Position numbers and translations under genes: made by a program. Below are positions 37,375 through 46,769 of a stretch of 64,000 nucleotides of DNA, piece by piece. Each line of letters starts with the position of its first letter. Position 1 is the stretch's first letter. Source of the stretch: a virus (Duplodnaviria > Caudoviricetes); IMG/VR virus record IMGVR_UViG_3300031813_000003, positions 64,001-128,000 of that record; one strand, 5' to 3'. The notes beneath the pieces are model-generated. The model had not been told where the DNA came from and did not search any database. It was given only the letters and a program-made list of their open reading frames with translations.

Positions 37375-38052
37375 ATGAATGTTGAATTGAAACACTACAC
37401 ACCAATGCCAGTTCTGATAGAAGCTATTAGAACTTGTTATGACTCTATGGGAAGATCAGATAGTCAAACAATTGAAGGTGACTTCATCTTAGGAATAAAA
37501 GATAAAGAACTTATTATGAAAGTAGTTGAAGATGGTCATGGGTCAACTTTAGAGCATCTGACATACAGTTTTAAAATAAATGGTCTTCCAAGATTTATTC
37601 TCCAAGAACTTGTAAGACATAGGATAGCATCTTATTCAGTTAAGAGTACTAGGTTTACTTTATCTGAACTAAAATATGAAACACCATTTGTTATTAATGA
37701 ATGGGATGAAGATGATCCTAAATTTGATACTGTTTTTTATGACGTTGAAAGGGCTGCTAAATACCTTTACCTTTCAGGGAACACAAAACTAGATAATATA
37801 TCAATTCAATCCTTAGAATATCTTAGGCAAGAAATTGTAGATGGTACTGTCACCAAAGACGAAGTAAAACAAATAGTCCCTGAAAACTATCTATGTGATC
37901 TAATGATGACCCTAAATGCTAGATCACTATGTAATTTATTATATCTAAGAAGCGGCAAAAGAGCACATTTCCTCATTCAACAACTCGCAGCATATGTGTT
38001 TGGTAACATTCCAGCACAACACAAATTCATCTTCGAAAAGTCTATGCAGTAA
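37375..38052 (+). CDS. thyX: flavin-dependent thymidylate synthase
   Basis: GHGSTLEH, QELVRHRIASYSVKSTR, NARSL..LR. Confidence 0.92.
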   Translation: MNVELKHYTPMPVLIEAIRTCYDSMGRSDSQTIEGDFILGIKDKELIMKVVEDGHGSTLEHLTYSFKINGLPRFILQELVRHRIASYSVKSTRFTLSELKYETPFVINEWDEDDPKFDTVFYDVERAAKYLYLSGNTKLDNISIQSLEYLRQEIVDGTVTKDEVKQIVPENYLCDLMMTLNARSLCNLLYLRSGKRAHFLIQQLAAYVFGNIPAQHKFIFEKSMQ

Positions 38053-38075
38053 GCAGAAAAGGATACACCACAATT

Positions 38076-40427
38076 ATGGATAAACAAATTTTAAAATTGT
38101 TGCAAGAGCGATACTTTTTACCAACAGAAACATCATGGGATGATATTGCAAAGAGAGTATCCGCTATCTACCCTCCAATATATGAAGATATCAAGAACAA
38201 ATCTTTCATTCCGTCTACACCAACTCTGATGAACGGAAATACCCAAGGGCAACGTCAAGGAACCTTATCATCTTGTTTCACAATGGATATCGAAGACTCT
38301 ATGGAAGGGATCATGGACTCCCTAAAAGAGGCAGCACTAGTAACAAAAGCTGCTGGTGGAGTTGGGTATGTCTTTTCCAAACTAAGGGCATCAAAAGAGA
38401 ATATCGCATCAATTAACAGAGAATCTAGTGGGCCTATCCCATTCATGAGAATGTTTAATGTTCTACTTGATGGAGTATCACAAGGAGGAGCTAGAAAGGG
38501 TGCAGGTATGGGTCAGTTTGATATTAATCATCCTGATATTCTTTCTGTTATTCGTCTTAAAAATACCAAAGGTGCAATGGAAAGACTCAACATTTCCATT
38601 CGTGTAACTGATGAATTCTATGATACTTTAAAAAATACTCCTGATGCTCCACATATTGTTTATGATATGAATGGTAAAGGATTTCCTCTTCAAGATAATG
38701 GTAAATCTATAACAGTCAAAAAACTTTGGGATGAAATTATTGAGTATGCTTGGTTATGTGCAGAACCTGGGATATTCAATGTTGATATAGCTACTAGACA
38801 ATGCACTGTCACAAATCTAAACAACTATGTTCTATCTAACCCTTGCGCTGAGTTTACTAATATTCCTTATGCATCATGTAACCTAGGTAGTGTGAACTTA
38901 ACCAAGTTTGTCAAAACCAGTAAGTATAATGGTAAAGTATATTTTGATTGGGATGAATATATCAAAGCAATAAAGAGGGCAACTAGATTCCTTAACAATG
39001 TAATTGACGTAAATGATTTCCCAATTAAAAAGATTAAAGATGTTACATTGAAAGTTCGCCCTATAGGACTAGGTGCAATGGGATATGCTCATATGCTTTA
39101 TCTTCTTGAGATTCCATATAACTCACCAAAAGCACTAAAGTTAAAAGCCAAACTATTTCATACTCTTACAATGCAAAGTATGAGAGAATCCGTGAATATC
39201 GCAGCTGAAAATCGCTCTAGATATCCTGCATTTAACTATGATCTATTCATGAAAGCAAATGAAAGATTTTTTACATATGATACTGATCTAACTGATCCTG
39301 ATTCTATTGAATATTGTGAATGGTTGAAGACCTTAGCAAGTGATATTAATAGTTATGGTGCTGCTAACTCATGTTACACTTCAATTGCACCCAATGGAAG
39401 TATTGCTTATATTGCTGATATGACTACAGGGGGGATTGAACCAGTTTATGCACTAACATACTCCCGTAGTATTGAAAAGATGGATAAACAATATGAAGTA
39501 GTATATATCACTGATCCAATTTTTGATAACTATTTGACTATGAATTATGATATTGAAACAAAAACAAATATTTTATCTCAAGTTGCAAATGATAAAGGTT
39601 CTTGTCAGAATGTACAAGAGATTCCTGAAGAAATGCGTAAAGTATTTGTTGTAGCTGGTGATCTAACTCCAATGGAACATCTTGATTCACTTGCAGTTGC
39701 TGCAGTTAATACAAGTCTTTCTGTTTCCAAGACAATCAATCTTCCTGCTGATGCAACTAGGGAAGAAATTTCTGAAGTGTATCTCAAAGCTCATGCCCTA
39801 GGAGTTATTGGTGTAACCGTTTACCGTGATGGTTGCCGTGATGGTATTCTTAACCATAGTGTTAAGGATGATAAGGAAATAATTGTCAAAACCAATGCGC
39901 CTAAACGTCCTAAGAGACTTCCAGCCCACGTTTACAGAGTTAGTATTCTCAATAGGGTGACTGATAAGCCAGAAAAATGGATCATCTTTGTTGGATTACT
40001 TGATGGTGATCCTTATGAGATTTTTGCTGGTAAGATTGATGGTAAGGATTTCTCAACTGATATCACAGAAGGGGAATTGGTTAAGACAAAGAAAGATGGA
40101 AAATCTGTTTACCAATTCCATAGTGAGGGAGAGGTTCTTGTAGAAAACATTCAGGAAGCTTATCTAAACGGTCTTCGTGAGTATATCACACGTATTATGT
40201 CCTGGGGATTAAGACATGGTGGTGGTATTGAATATCTTAAAGAAGTCCTTCAAAAATCAGATGGGACCATTGTAGACTTCAATAAGGCTATTATTCGTGC
40301 CATTGGAAAGTACTGTAAGAACGTAGCTTCCAAAGAGAAATGCCCTACTTGTAATGCTGATCTGAGATATGAAGGTGGGTGTGTTGTATGTTCAAATCCC
40401 GAATGCGCTTTTACTAAGTGTTCGTAA
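38076..40427 (+). CDS. nrdJ: class II (B12-dependent) ribonucleotide reductase
   Basis: PTLMN, LSSCF, NPCAE, CNLGS, IAPNG, SKTIN, YRDG; C-terminal Zn ribbon; no beta subunit adjacent. Confidence 0.88.
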   Translation: MDKQILKLLQERYFLPTETSWDDIAKRVSAIYPPIYEDIKNKSFIPSTPTLMNGNTQGQRQGTLSSCFTMDIEDSMEGIMDSLKEAALVTKAAGGVGYVFSKLRASKENIASINRESSGPIPFMRMFNVLLDGVSQGGARKGAGMGQFDINHPDILSVIRLKNTKGAMERLNISIRVTDEFYDTLKNTPDAPHIVYDMNGKGFPLQDNGKSITVKKLWDEIIEYAWLCAEPGIFNVDIATRQCTVTNLNNYVLSNPCAEFTNIPYASCNLGSVNLTKFVKTSKYNGKVYFDWDEYIKAIKRATRFLNNVIDVNDFPIKKIKDVTLKVRPIGLGAMGYAHMLYLLEIPYNSPKALKLKAKLFHTLTMQSMRESVNIAAENRSRYPAFNYDLFMKANERFFTYDTDLTDPDSIEYCEWLKTLASDINSYGAANSCYTSIAPNGSIAYIADMTTGGIEPVYALTYSRSIEKMDKQYEVVYITDPIFDNYLTMNYDIETKTNILSQVANDKGSCQNVQEIPEEMRKVFVVAGDLTPMEHLDSLAVAAVNTSLSVSKTINLPADATREEISEVYLKAHALGVIGVTVYRDGCRDGILNHSVKDDKEIIVKTNAPKRPKRLPAHVYRVSILNRVTDKPEKWIIFVGLLDGDPYEIFAGKIDGKDFSTDITEGELVKTKKDGKSVYQFHSEGEVLVENIQEAYLNGLREYITRIMSWGLRHGGGIEYLKEVLQKSDGTIVDFNKAIIRAIGKYCKNVASKEKCPTCNADLRYEGGCVVCSNPECAFTKCS

Positions 40428-40447
40428 TTATTTGGTAATAAAATAAA

Positions 40448-40506
40448 TTGACAATTAAATCCTCCTTTGTTATAGTTGAATCTCCACTATGAGCAAAGGA
40501 GGATTT
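40448..40506 (+). promoter_or_regulatory. early promoter with 13-bp anti-SD/SD inverted repeat
   Basis: TTGACA-17-TATAGT; AAATCCTCCTTTG / CAAAGGAGGATTT, extended by TATAGT/ACTATG. Confidence 0.75.
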
Positions 40507-40507
40507 T

Positions 40508-40663
40508 ATGGAAGTCAAACTGATTAAAAATAAGAAATGTAATTCTTGTGACAAACGTTATTATGATGAAGATGTAACTGAAATAAATCTGAATGGTATA
40601 CTCACCAGATTGTGTCATTTGTGTGTAGAAGAACTTATAGTAAAAATTAGGAGAGCAAGATGA
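40508..40663 (+). CDS. small Zn-finger protein
   Basis: CNSC...CHLC; GGAGG SD. Confidence 0.55.
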   Translation: MEVKLIKNKKCNSCDKRYYDEDVTEINLNGILTRLCHLCVEELIVKIRRAR

Positions 40664-41190
40664 AAATCATATTTCTACATGGGTTGGAATCTGCACCAGA
40701 AACGTCAAGCTCTGCTAAAGCAATCAGGGATTATTTCGTTAATCAGTATGATGTGATCATTCCTGATTACAAGCCCAAGGAGAGAACACATAGTCAGATA
40801 TGTGATTACTTTGAGGAATTCACTGCGAATCTCCCTGAAGGAGAAGAGTATGTGGCTATTGGGATTTCGTTGGGAGGGTATTGGGCTTTAAACCTGACGA
40901 ATATCACTGAAGGTCAGATGATCAACAAGGTGATCCTTCTGAATCCTTCATTGGACTACTACTCCAGAACAGGGGAAGTTCCTGAAATAAAGATTGACCC
41001 TTGTGTGCTTGGACAGGTTATTGTAAACATGGATGATGATGTTGTTGATAACAACAAAACTATCAAAAGATACATAAACCGGTTTCATTTTCTCACGTTC
41101 TCAAAAGGAGGGCATAGGATGAGTAATATGAAACATGTGCTGCCTTACATGGATAATACCCTGAACACTTACAGAGTGTGGACTCCTTAA
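40660..41190 (+). CDS. YqiA-like alpha/beta hydrolase (esterase)
   Basis: FLHGLES, GISLGG, LLNP, DDVVD, GGH. Confidence 0.8.
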   Translation: MKIIFLHGLESAPETSSSAKAIRDYFVNQYDVIIPDYKPKERTHSQICDYFEEFTANLPEGEEYVAIGISLGGYWALNLTNITEGQMINKVILLNPSLDYYSRTGEVPEIKIDPCVLGQVIVNMDDDVVDNNKTIKRYINRFHFLTFSKGGHRMSNMKHVLPYMDNTLNTYRVWTP

Positions 41191-41741
41191 CGTGGAACAG
41201 TAATCTTCTTTGCGTTGGGATTCCCTACCATAACCTTTGTTACCATTTCCCCTCCAATGTCACGTTGGTAGAAATAGTCATCAATTGGAATTAGCTCATC
41301 ATCTGGAAGCTTTTGTTGAGCTATTTTCACAGGGATATCATATTTGTAGAAGTCATCACCAAGCTGTTTCTGAAGTGAGTTGAGTGCTTTACCTGATAGC
41401 TCTATAAATGCACGTTTAAGGTCTTCTTTTGTTATCTCTCTATATGCTTTCACAGAGTCTCTTGTTCCATCAGTACCAGCAGCTACACCTTTACGTCCTT
41501 CTTTGTCTTTATACATTCTACATGTGGTAACTTTACCATCTTTGGTTGTTAGCTTCCAGAATGGGATATTTTGTATCATATCCTCTTTTGATTTGAAACC
41601 AGAACCTTTGATTCCTCCAGCATATGCATATGTTGCCTGGAGCAAGTCCCAAACTTGATCAGCATAGGGTGCTTTCTCTTCAGGTGTGAACAGATTTAGG
41701 TAATGTTCATTTATAAATTGTTTGAAGTTTAGAATTTTCAT
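41187..41741 (-). CDS. probable internal head (ejected) protein
   Basis: N-terminus MKILNFKQFINE resembles T4 capsid-targeting sequence; CATAAATA late motif 41747-54; start reassigned to 41741. Confidence 0.6.
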   Translation of the reverse strand: MKILNFKQFINEHYLNLFTPEEKAPYADQVWDLLQATYAYAGGIKGSGFKSKEDMIQNIPFWKLTTKDGKVTTCRMYKDKEGRKGVAAGTDGTRDSVKAYREITKEDLKRAFIELSGKALNSLQKQLGDDFYKYDIPVKIAQQKLPDDELIPIDDYFYQRDIGGEMVTKVMVGNPNAKKITVPR

Positions 41742-41765
41742 ATCTCTATTTATGTGATTTTTATA

Positions 41766-41794
41766 TTGACAGTAAAATATTCTTGGGTTAAGAT
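41766..41794 (+). promoter_or_regulatory. sigma70-type early promoter
   Basis: TTGACA-17-TAAGAT; near-copy of 42731 cassette. Confidence 0.7.
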
Positions 41795-41824
41795 GAATCA
41801 TAATCAAATGACAAAGGAGATCAT

Positions 41825-42729
41825 ATGACTCGTTTAGAGAAAGCACAGAATATCTTCAACGCAGGTTTCAGCACCAAAGCTGACCAGAAATACTGCCTTG
41901 ATATGATCAACCGCTCCTATGATGATCTCCGCAAAAACATCACTACCACCATCCTTGATTTGAGGAACGAAGGTAAAATGAAAGAAGATGTTGCCAATGA
42001 ACTGTACTACTCTGTGCCTTACGGTCTTCATCAGTTTCGCACCAAACATGCCGATTCTCTCAAAGTTCTATTCTCTGCGGAAGTGGCTGAAATCAACGAA
42101 CTGATTGCTTTCAGGAACAAAGCAAAAGAAGCTACCATCACTCCTAAAATCTCCAAGACCGCAGTAGCCAAAGCAGCAGTAGCCGAAATCTCCAAATCCT
42201 CCAATAACAAAATCGAATTAGCAGTAATGCCCTTGAAAGAAGCAGCAATCGAAAGAGCAGAACAAGAAGCTATTAATATGGTTAACATCATGACTACCAA
42301 GCTTACAGCTGCAAATTTTGATCTTGGTGTAGTTGCCCCTGCCCCTAAAGCAACATTAGTGTTAACGAATACCATATCGCAATAGGCAAGCGCAGAATGT
42401 ACCTTCAAATCGTGAAACATGTTTCCGGTTGCCGTAGAAATAATGATCCTGAAATTATTAGAATTTCTGATGACTTAGTTGCAAGGTTTATCAAAATCGC
42501 CAAAGAAGACGCAGCAATCCAGTATGATGAATTCGTTGCAAAACTAGTTATCAAGATTGGTAAGGTAACTGACGCAACTCTGTTTGGGAATCATGTGTGG
42601 AGTTTTTCGATTCTCACCGTGACCAAAGAAGACGGTTCCATAGAGAAGTGGAAAACTCAGATGATCGTGAACATTTCCAAACTTGGGAAACTCTTCAACC
42701 AATGGCCCACGAGGAAGATGAAAAAATAA
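41825..42729 (+). pseudogene. early gene split by -1 frameshift near 42347 (ORFs 41825-42385 and 42397-42729)
   Basis: One extra A in CCTAAAGC gives continuous APAPK-SNISVNEYHIAIGKRR-MYLQ; second ORF lacks an SD. Confidence 0.55.
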
Positions 42730-42730
42730 A

Positions 42731-42759
42731 TTGACAGTTAAATGGTCTTAGGTTAAGAT
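42731..42759 (+). promoter_or_regulatory. sigma70-type early promoter
   Basis: TTGACA-17-TAAGAT. Confidence 0.7.
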
Positions 42760-42793
42760 GAATCATAAATCAAACCACAAAGGAGATTGAACC

Positions 42794-43228
42794 ATGAAAG
42801 CTGAAGAATTCGTCCTCACTGACAACATCGAACTGGTAGTTGCCAAGATCACGAAACTGAACAAGAAAGCAGACAAACTCCTTTGCCCTCGCATCACGGT
42901 CACCGTGACTGATGAAACCAAGATCGAAGTTTTAAAGAAAAATGCTGAAGCAGGGCGGCTCCAAGACGAAACCTACCACTACACCAAGATCATCATCGAA
43001 GGTGAGACTCCTAAACTGAACGGTTGGAGTTTGGTAGCAGTCAAACATCACGATCCCGATATGGGCTTGATGATCGATACCGTACCTGAGAAGGAAATGC
43101 CCAAAGAATTCAGGGAAACTGGTGATGCATGTGACCATTGCGGTCACAATCGCCGCAGGAACGAAACCTTCATTCTGGAGAAGGAACTGAAAGAACTCTC
43201 CGAAGACGAAAAACTGAGGTATCTCTAA
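42794..43228 (+). CDS. N-terminal half of a Zn-finger/OB-fold phage protein
   Basis: KLNKKA..PKLNGW..CDHCGHNRRRNETFIL. Confidence 0.65.
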   Translation: MKAEEFVLTDNIELVVAKITKLNKKADKLLCPRITVTVTDETKIEVLKKNAEAGRLQDETYHYTKIIIEGETPKLNGWSLVAVKHHDPDMGLMIDTVPEKEMPKEFRETGDACDHCGHNRRRNETFILEKELKELSEDEKLRYL

Positions 43229-43513
43229 ATGGACAAGCGTATAATTTCTTGGAAACTGAATGATCACGAGGATCATAATAGTTTCTCTAGAGCTTTCATA
43301 TTTGGAGGATACGGGGAAACATTTTCCAATTACTCTGAACTTGTTGCCGAAGCTAAGAGAGATTACCCTACTTTAAAAGATCAGGATATCATCATAAGCA
43401 AAGTTCATACATCAAGTTATATGAAAGGATATTCAGTAATTTCATTCCTTGTCCCTGTTGATTCTGTAAAAAAGGGATATAAAAATTGGGATCAATTCGA
43501 CTTTAATTACTAA
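43229..43513 (+). CDS. hypothetical protein
   Basis: Abuts upstream stop; GAGG SD. Confidence 0.55.
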   Translation: MDKRIISWKLNDHEDHNSFSRAFIFGGYGETFSNYSELVAEAKRDYPTLKDQDIIISKVHTSSYMKGYSVISFLVPVDSVKKGYKNWDQFDFNY

Positions 43514-43523
43514 GGAGAAATTA

Positions 43524-43691
43524 ATGGAAGTAAAAATACTTCAAAATAGCATGGCAGCTAAACTTGCTGATGAAATCAACGCAACTTTAAATGAAGGAGA
43601 AGGATGGGAAATGTTAAACTCTCTCATTGTAGTTGCAACCCCGCAAGATCAATTTATTTGTAAATATGTCCAGATGATGAAAAGAGGGTAA
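43524..43691 (+). CDS. small hypothetical protein
   Basis: AAGGAG SD; 55 aa. Confidence 0.5.
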   Translation: MEVKILQNSMAAKLADEINATLNEGEGWEMLNSLIVVATPQDQFICKYVQMMKRG

Positions 43692-43708
43692 ATAAATTCA
43701 TTTTTAAA

Positions 43709-43772
43709 TTGACTAGAAATACATCCTTTGTTATAGTTGTTTTACGAGTTGAGCAAATTAAAACACAAAGGA
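43709..43772 (+). promoter_or_regulatory. early promoter with 8-bp anti-SD arm
   Basis: TTGACT-17-TATAGT; TCCTTTGT / ACAAAGGA. Confidence 0.7.
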
Positions 43773-43779
43773 GTTTATC

Positions 43780-44595
43780 ATGCCAGTTGCCAAGAATGAA
43801 ACCCTGTTCGTAGAAGTTGGGCGCAGCTGCCTCAAAGATTTCCTTTGCACCGAAAAGATTGAATCTATCCTCTGGTCTGCTACATTCACTCAGACGATTA
43901 GTGATATCCTTTCTGAAGGTAGGGAAACTGGTGGGCGTGTTAACCCTGTCTATGCACTGGAACTGGTGCTTGGTTGTGCCATTCACTCTGTCAACGAAAT
44001 CGGTTACATCACCAAGAAAAGGGCAATGGAAGATGAAGTCTGCTCGACTGCTGGTGAGGCAATGTACCTCCTGAACGGTGATCGTTATAACAACGTTGCT
44101 CCCTATGAACCCACTGAAGCAGAACTTGACGAAGCTAGGAAGATCATTGCTTTCGTCAAAGAAGCTAACACCAACAACGACTACATGTTCAATCTGGTGA
44201 AAATTGCCCAAGCTGAGTACACCACTGGTTTGTTTGTTGGTTACGCAGTTTCCATGATCCCCTACTACAGAAGGGAGAGGGCTACTATCCTCGCACAGCA
44301 GAAAAAAGCGCAGACTCCTTCTGAGTTCATTGGTGAAGTTGGCAAGCGTTGCACCTTCGATCTGACCTTCGTGAATTTTTTCACCTTCGAAGGTTTCTAC
44401 GGAGTCACCTACATCTACAAATTCACTGATGTAACTGGCAACGTAGTGATCTGGAAAACCACTTCTGCTGAAGAGTTTGTCCAAGGGGAAGAAGTGAAAA
44501 TGGTTGCAATGGTCAAAGCCCATGAAGTCTACAAAGATCACAAAGGTGGAACTACCAATCAGACCATCGTTAACCGTCCGAAGTTTACCAAATGA
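43780..44595 (+). CDS. C-terminal half of Zn-finger/OB-fold phage protein
   Basis: VEVGRSCLKDFL; C-terminal SEFIGEVGKR..YG..F.D..GNV..W.T..VKAH..QT...RPK OB-like fold. Confidence 0.65.
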   Translation: MPVAKNETLFVEVGRSCLKDFLCTEKIESILWSATFTQTISDILSEGRETGGRVNPVYALELVLGCAIHSVNEIGYITKKRAMEDEVCSTAGEAMYLLNGDRYNNVAPYEPTEAELDEARKIIAFVKEANTNNDYMFNLVKIAQAEYTTGLFVGYAVSMIPYYRRERATILAQQKKAQTPSEFIGEVGKRCTFDLTFVNFFTFEGFYGVTYIYKFTDVTGNVVIWKTTSAEEFVQGEEVKMVAMVKAHEVYKDHKGGTTNQTIVNRPKFTK

Positions 44596-45053
44596 GATAT
44601 ATATTTTTTATATTGGTAATGCTTCTTGCTCCTATCACAGCCAGGGGGCAAGAAGCAAAAACAGAATGGAACACAACTGATACTATCCTTCAGATAATAA
44701 CTACAGGGGCATTAGCTATTGATAGAAGTCAAACTTTATGGATTGCAAATCAAAAATGTATTGATTTTTCTCATATAGTAACTGATTCTAAAGGTGAAAG
44801 ATCATTTGTAGGCAACCCATTTACTACAAATGAAATAAATCCTATAATAGGTAAAAATGCATCAAGAGGACGTATAAATACATACTTTGGTACTGTTGCT
44901 ATTACCCACACATTAATAAGTTATGGATTACGCAAAAGTGGATTAAGTTTTATAGGAATTCCATTAGTTAATATATGGCAAGCAAGTGTAATAACTATTG
45001 AATCTGCGCAAATAGGTAAAAATATAAGTCTAAATATTGGAATGAAATACTAA
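44592..45053 (+). CDS. secreted/membrane protein
   Basis: Signal peptide; D..QT, E.NPIIG. Confidence 0.6.
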   Translation: MRYIFFILVMLLAPITARGQEAKTEWNTTDTILQIITTGALAIDRSQTLWIANQKCIDFSHIVTDSKGERSFVGNPFTTNEINPIIGKNASRGRINTYFGTVAITHTLISYGLRKSGLSFIGIPLVNIWQASVITIESAQIGKNISLNIGMKY

Positions 45054-45249
45054 CAAAGGAGTTTTATATGAATGTGAATATCTTAATCGAAGATTGTGAA
45101 TCTTGTGGTGGAACTCATTATATTGAACCTTCTGAATTGTATGCACTCAGAATTGATTATGAAAAATGTATTGATGAAATTAAAATCTGTTGCCCTACTA
45201 CTGGTAAATCAATGGTTTTACATACCGACAAATAAAAGGAATTTTAGAT

Positions 45250-45462
45250 ATGAAAATGCCAGTGAAAGACTTCAAAATAGTGCCATTACTTTGCCCTGCG
45301 AACTATACCTTTGGTTGTGGAGCATGTAGATACGGCTCACAACTAAATGTAATGAATCCATCAACATCATCTAAAGATAAATTCTTTGGTGATGTTGAGT
45401 GTAATTACATCGATTCATTCAACAACGAATTCACAGTATTAAAACGAGGGAATAATGGCTAA
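45250..45462 (+). CDS. small Cys-containing protein
   Basis: AAGGA SD. Confidence 0.45.
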   Translation: MKMPVKDFKIVPLLCPANYTFGCGACRYGSQLNVMNPSTSSKDKFFGDVECNYIDSFNNEFTVLKRGNNG

Positions 45463-46261
45463 AAAAGTAAAAGAACCAAAAATCCTAACTGATGAAGAAC
45501 TGATTCTTGAAAAGGAGAATACTGCAAAGAAACTCCTTCTTGAGAATTTTATTCCTTCTCCTCCTGCTTCTAGGACTTTCAAAGTAGGGGATATAATCAC
45601 ATATGGCACACATCCAAATGCTGTTATTGTTGGTGTATATGAACAGGGTAGGATTTATGAAATCAAACTTTGGGGAGAGTACTTCTCATATGGCAAATCC
45701 ATAGGGCAACAAGAATCATTCCAGTTTGTTGATTGGACTTCGGTTCTTCCATTAGAATCAAGACATATGAAGTCTGACCTATCAAAAAATCAGGATATCA
45801 GACTCAATTATTCCCAAATGTCTCTAGACTCCATGCTAGGGTGTTACTACAGCTTTGGTATCGATATGAACCCCTCCTATCAACGAGACTTCGTTTGGAC
45901 TCTAGAGGACAATGTTGCCCTCATAGACTCCATTTTCAATAACAGGTCTATCGGTACTTACATCCTCTGTCACAATGGGTATGGAATGGGATATGGTGTT
46001 CCAGGATATGAAGTTCTGGATGGTAAACAGAGGATTAAGGCAATAACTGACTTTTTTGAGGATAAGTTCAAATATGAAGGATTTCTATATACTGAACTAT
46101 CTCCGAAAGATAGGAATTTATTTGAAAATGTTGTCTTTCCTAGGGCTGAAATCAAAAATGCTACATTAGAACAGAAGATTAAAATTTTCATACATGTTAA
46201 TACAACTGGAAACCATATGTCTCCAGAACACCTTGAAAGGGTAAAAGGAATGCTTAAATAA
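45455..46261 (+). CDS. DUF262 (ParB/Srx-fold) protein
   Basis: PSYQRDFVW, LIDSI, VLDGKQR, F..VNT.G. Confidence 0.8.
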   Translation: MAKKVKEPKILTDEELILEKENTAKKLLLENFIPSPPASRTFKVGDIITYGTHPNAVIVGVYEQGRIYEIKLWGEYFSYGKSIGQQESFQFVDWTSVLPLESRHMKSDLSKNQDIRLNYSQMSLDSMLGCYYSFGIDMNPSYQRDFVWTLEDNVALIDSIFNNRSIGTYILCHNGYGMGYGVPGYEVLDGKQRIKAITDFFEDKFKYEGFLYTELSPKDRNLFENVVFPRAEIKNATLEQKIKIFIHVNTTGNHMSPEHLERVKGMLK

Positions 46262-46551
46262 TGTATTTTAATAACCAAGTGTTGGAAGCTGTAAACTGTG
46301 TAACAAAATTGAATGATATATATTTTGATTGTACTAATGATGAAGAAAATTTACCATTTACGGTTATCATTGCAGAACCTTATATCAGGGTTGAATTTCT
46401 AAATATTCTGATGTGGGACAATCAAGATTATGATGGTGATTATACTAAAGATGAAGAAGGTGACCTTACAGAAGACAGAGAACCTATATACACTACTGTC
46501 ATTAGAAGAACCAAAGAGTTTATGAAAACTCTGAAGAAGTTAAAATTATGA
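46261..46551 (+). CDS. hypothetical protein
   Basis: Coupled TAATG. Confidence 0.55.
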   Translation: MYFNNQVLEAVNCVTKLNDIYFDCTNDEENLPFTVIIAEPYIRVEFLNILMWDNQDYDGDYTKDEEGDLTEDREPIYTTVIRRTKEFMKTLKKLKL

Positions 46552-46730
46552 AAAATAAACTGATAAACGATATTGCTACTCTTATCATGAAATATGAAGA
46601 TGAAACAAGTGAAATAGTTGGATTTGGTATTTCATTTCCAGATCAACAGTTTGAATACAACGGTGAGAAGTGCAAGAATATAACTGTACAAGGGTATAAA
46701 TGGGCTAAAGTAAATATTGATAAAAAATAA
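46548..46730 (+). CDS. hypothetical protein
   Basis: Coupled ATGA. Confidence 0.45.
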   Translation: MKNKLINDIATLIMKYEDETSEIVGFGISFPDQQFEYNGEKCKNITVQGYKWAKVNIDKK

Positions 46731-46769
46731 TCTTATCGAAGTTACACAAATTAAAAGGAAAATTTAAAA

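Noticed and set aside
42341-42352. Programmed -1 ribosomal frameshift
   Set aside because: No X XXY YYZ heptamer in the correct frame and no obvious stimulator
43160-43790. Self-splicing intron explaining the split gene
   Set aside because: No group I P7 or group II domain V motifs seen; the interval holds ordinary ORFs and a promoter with SD
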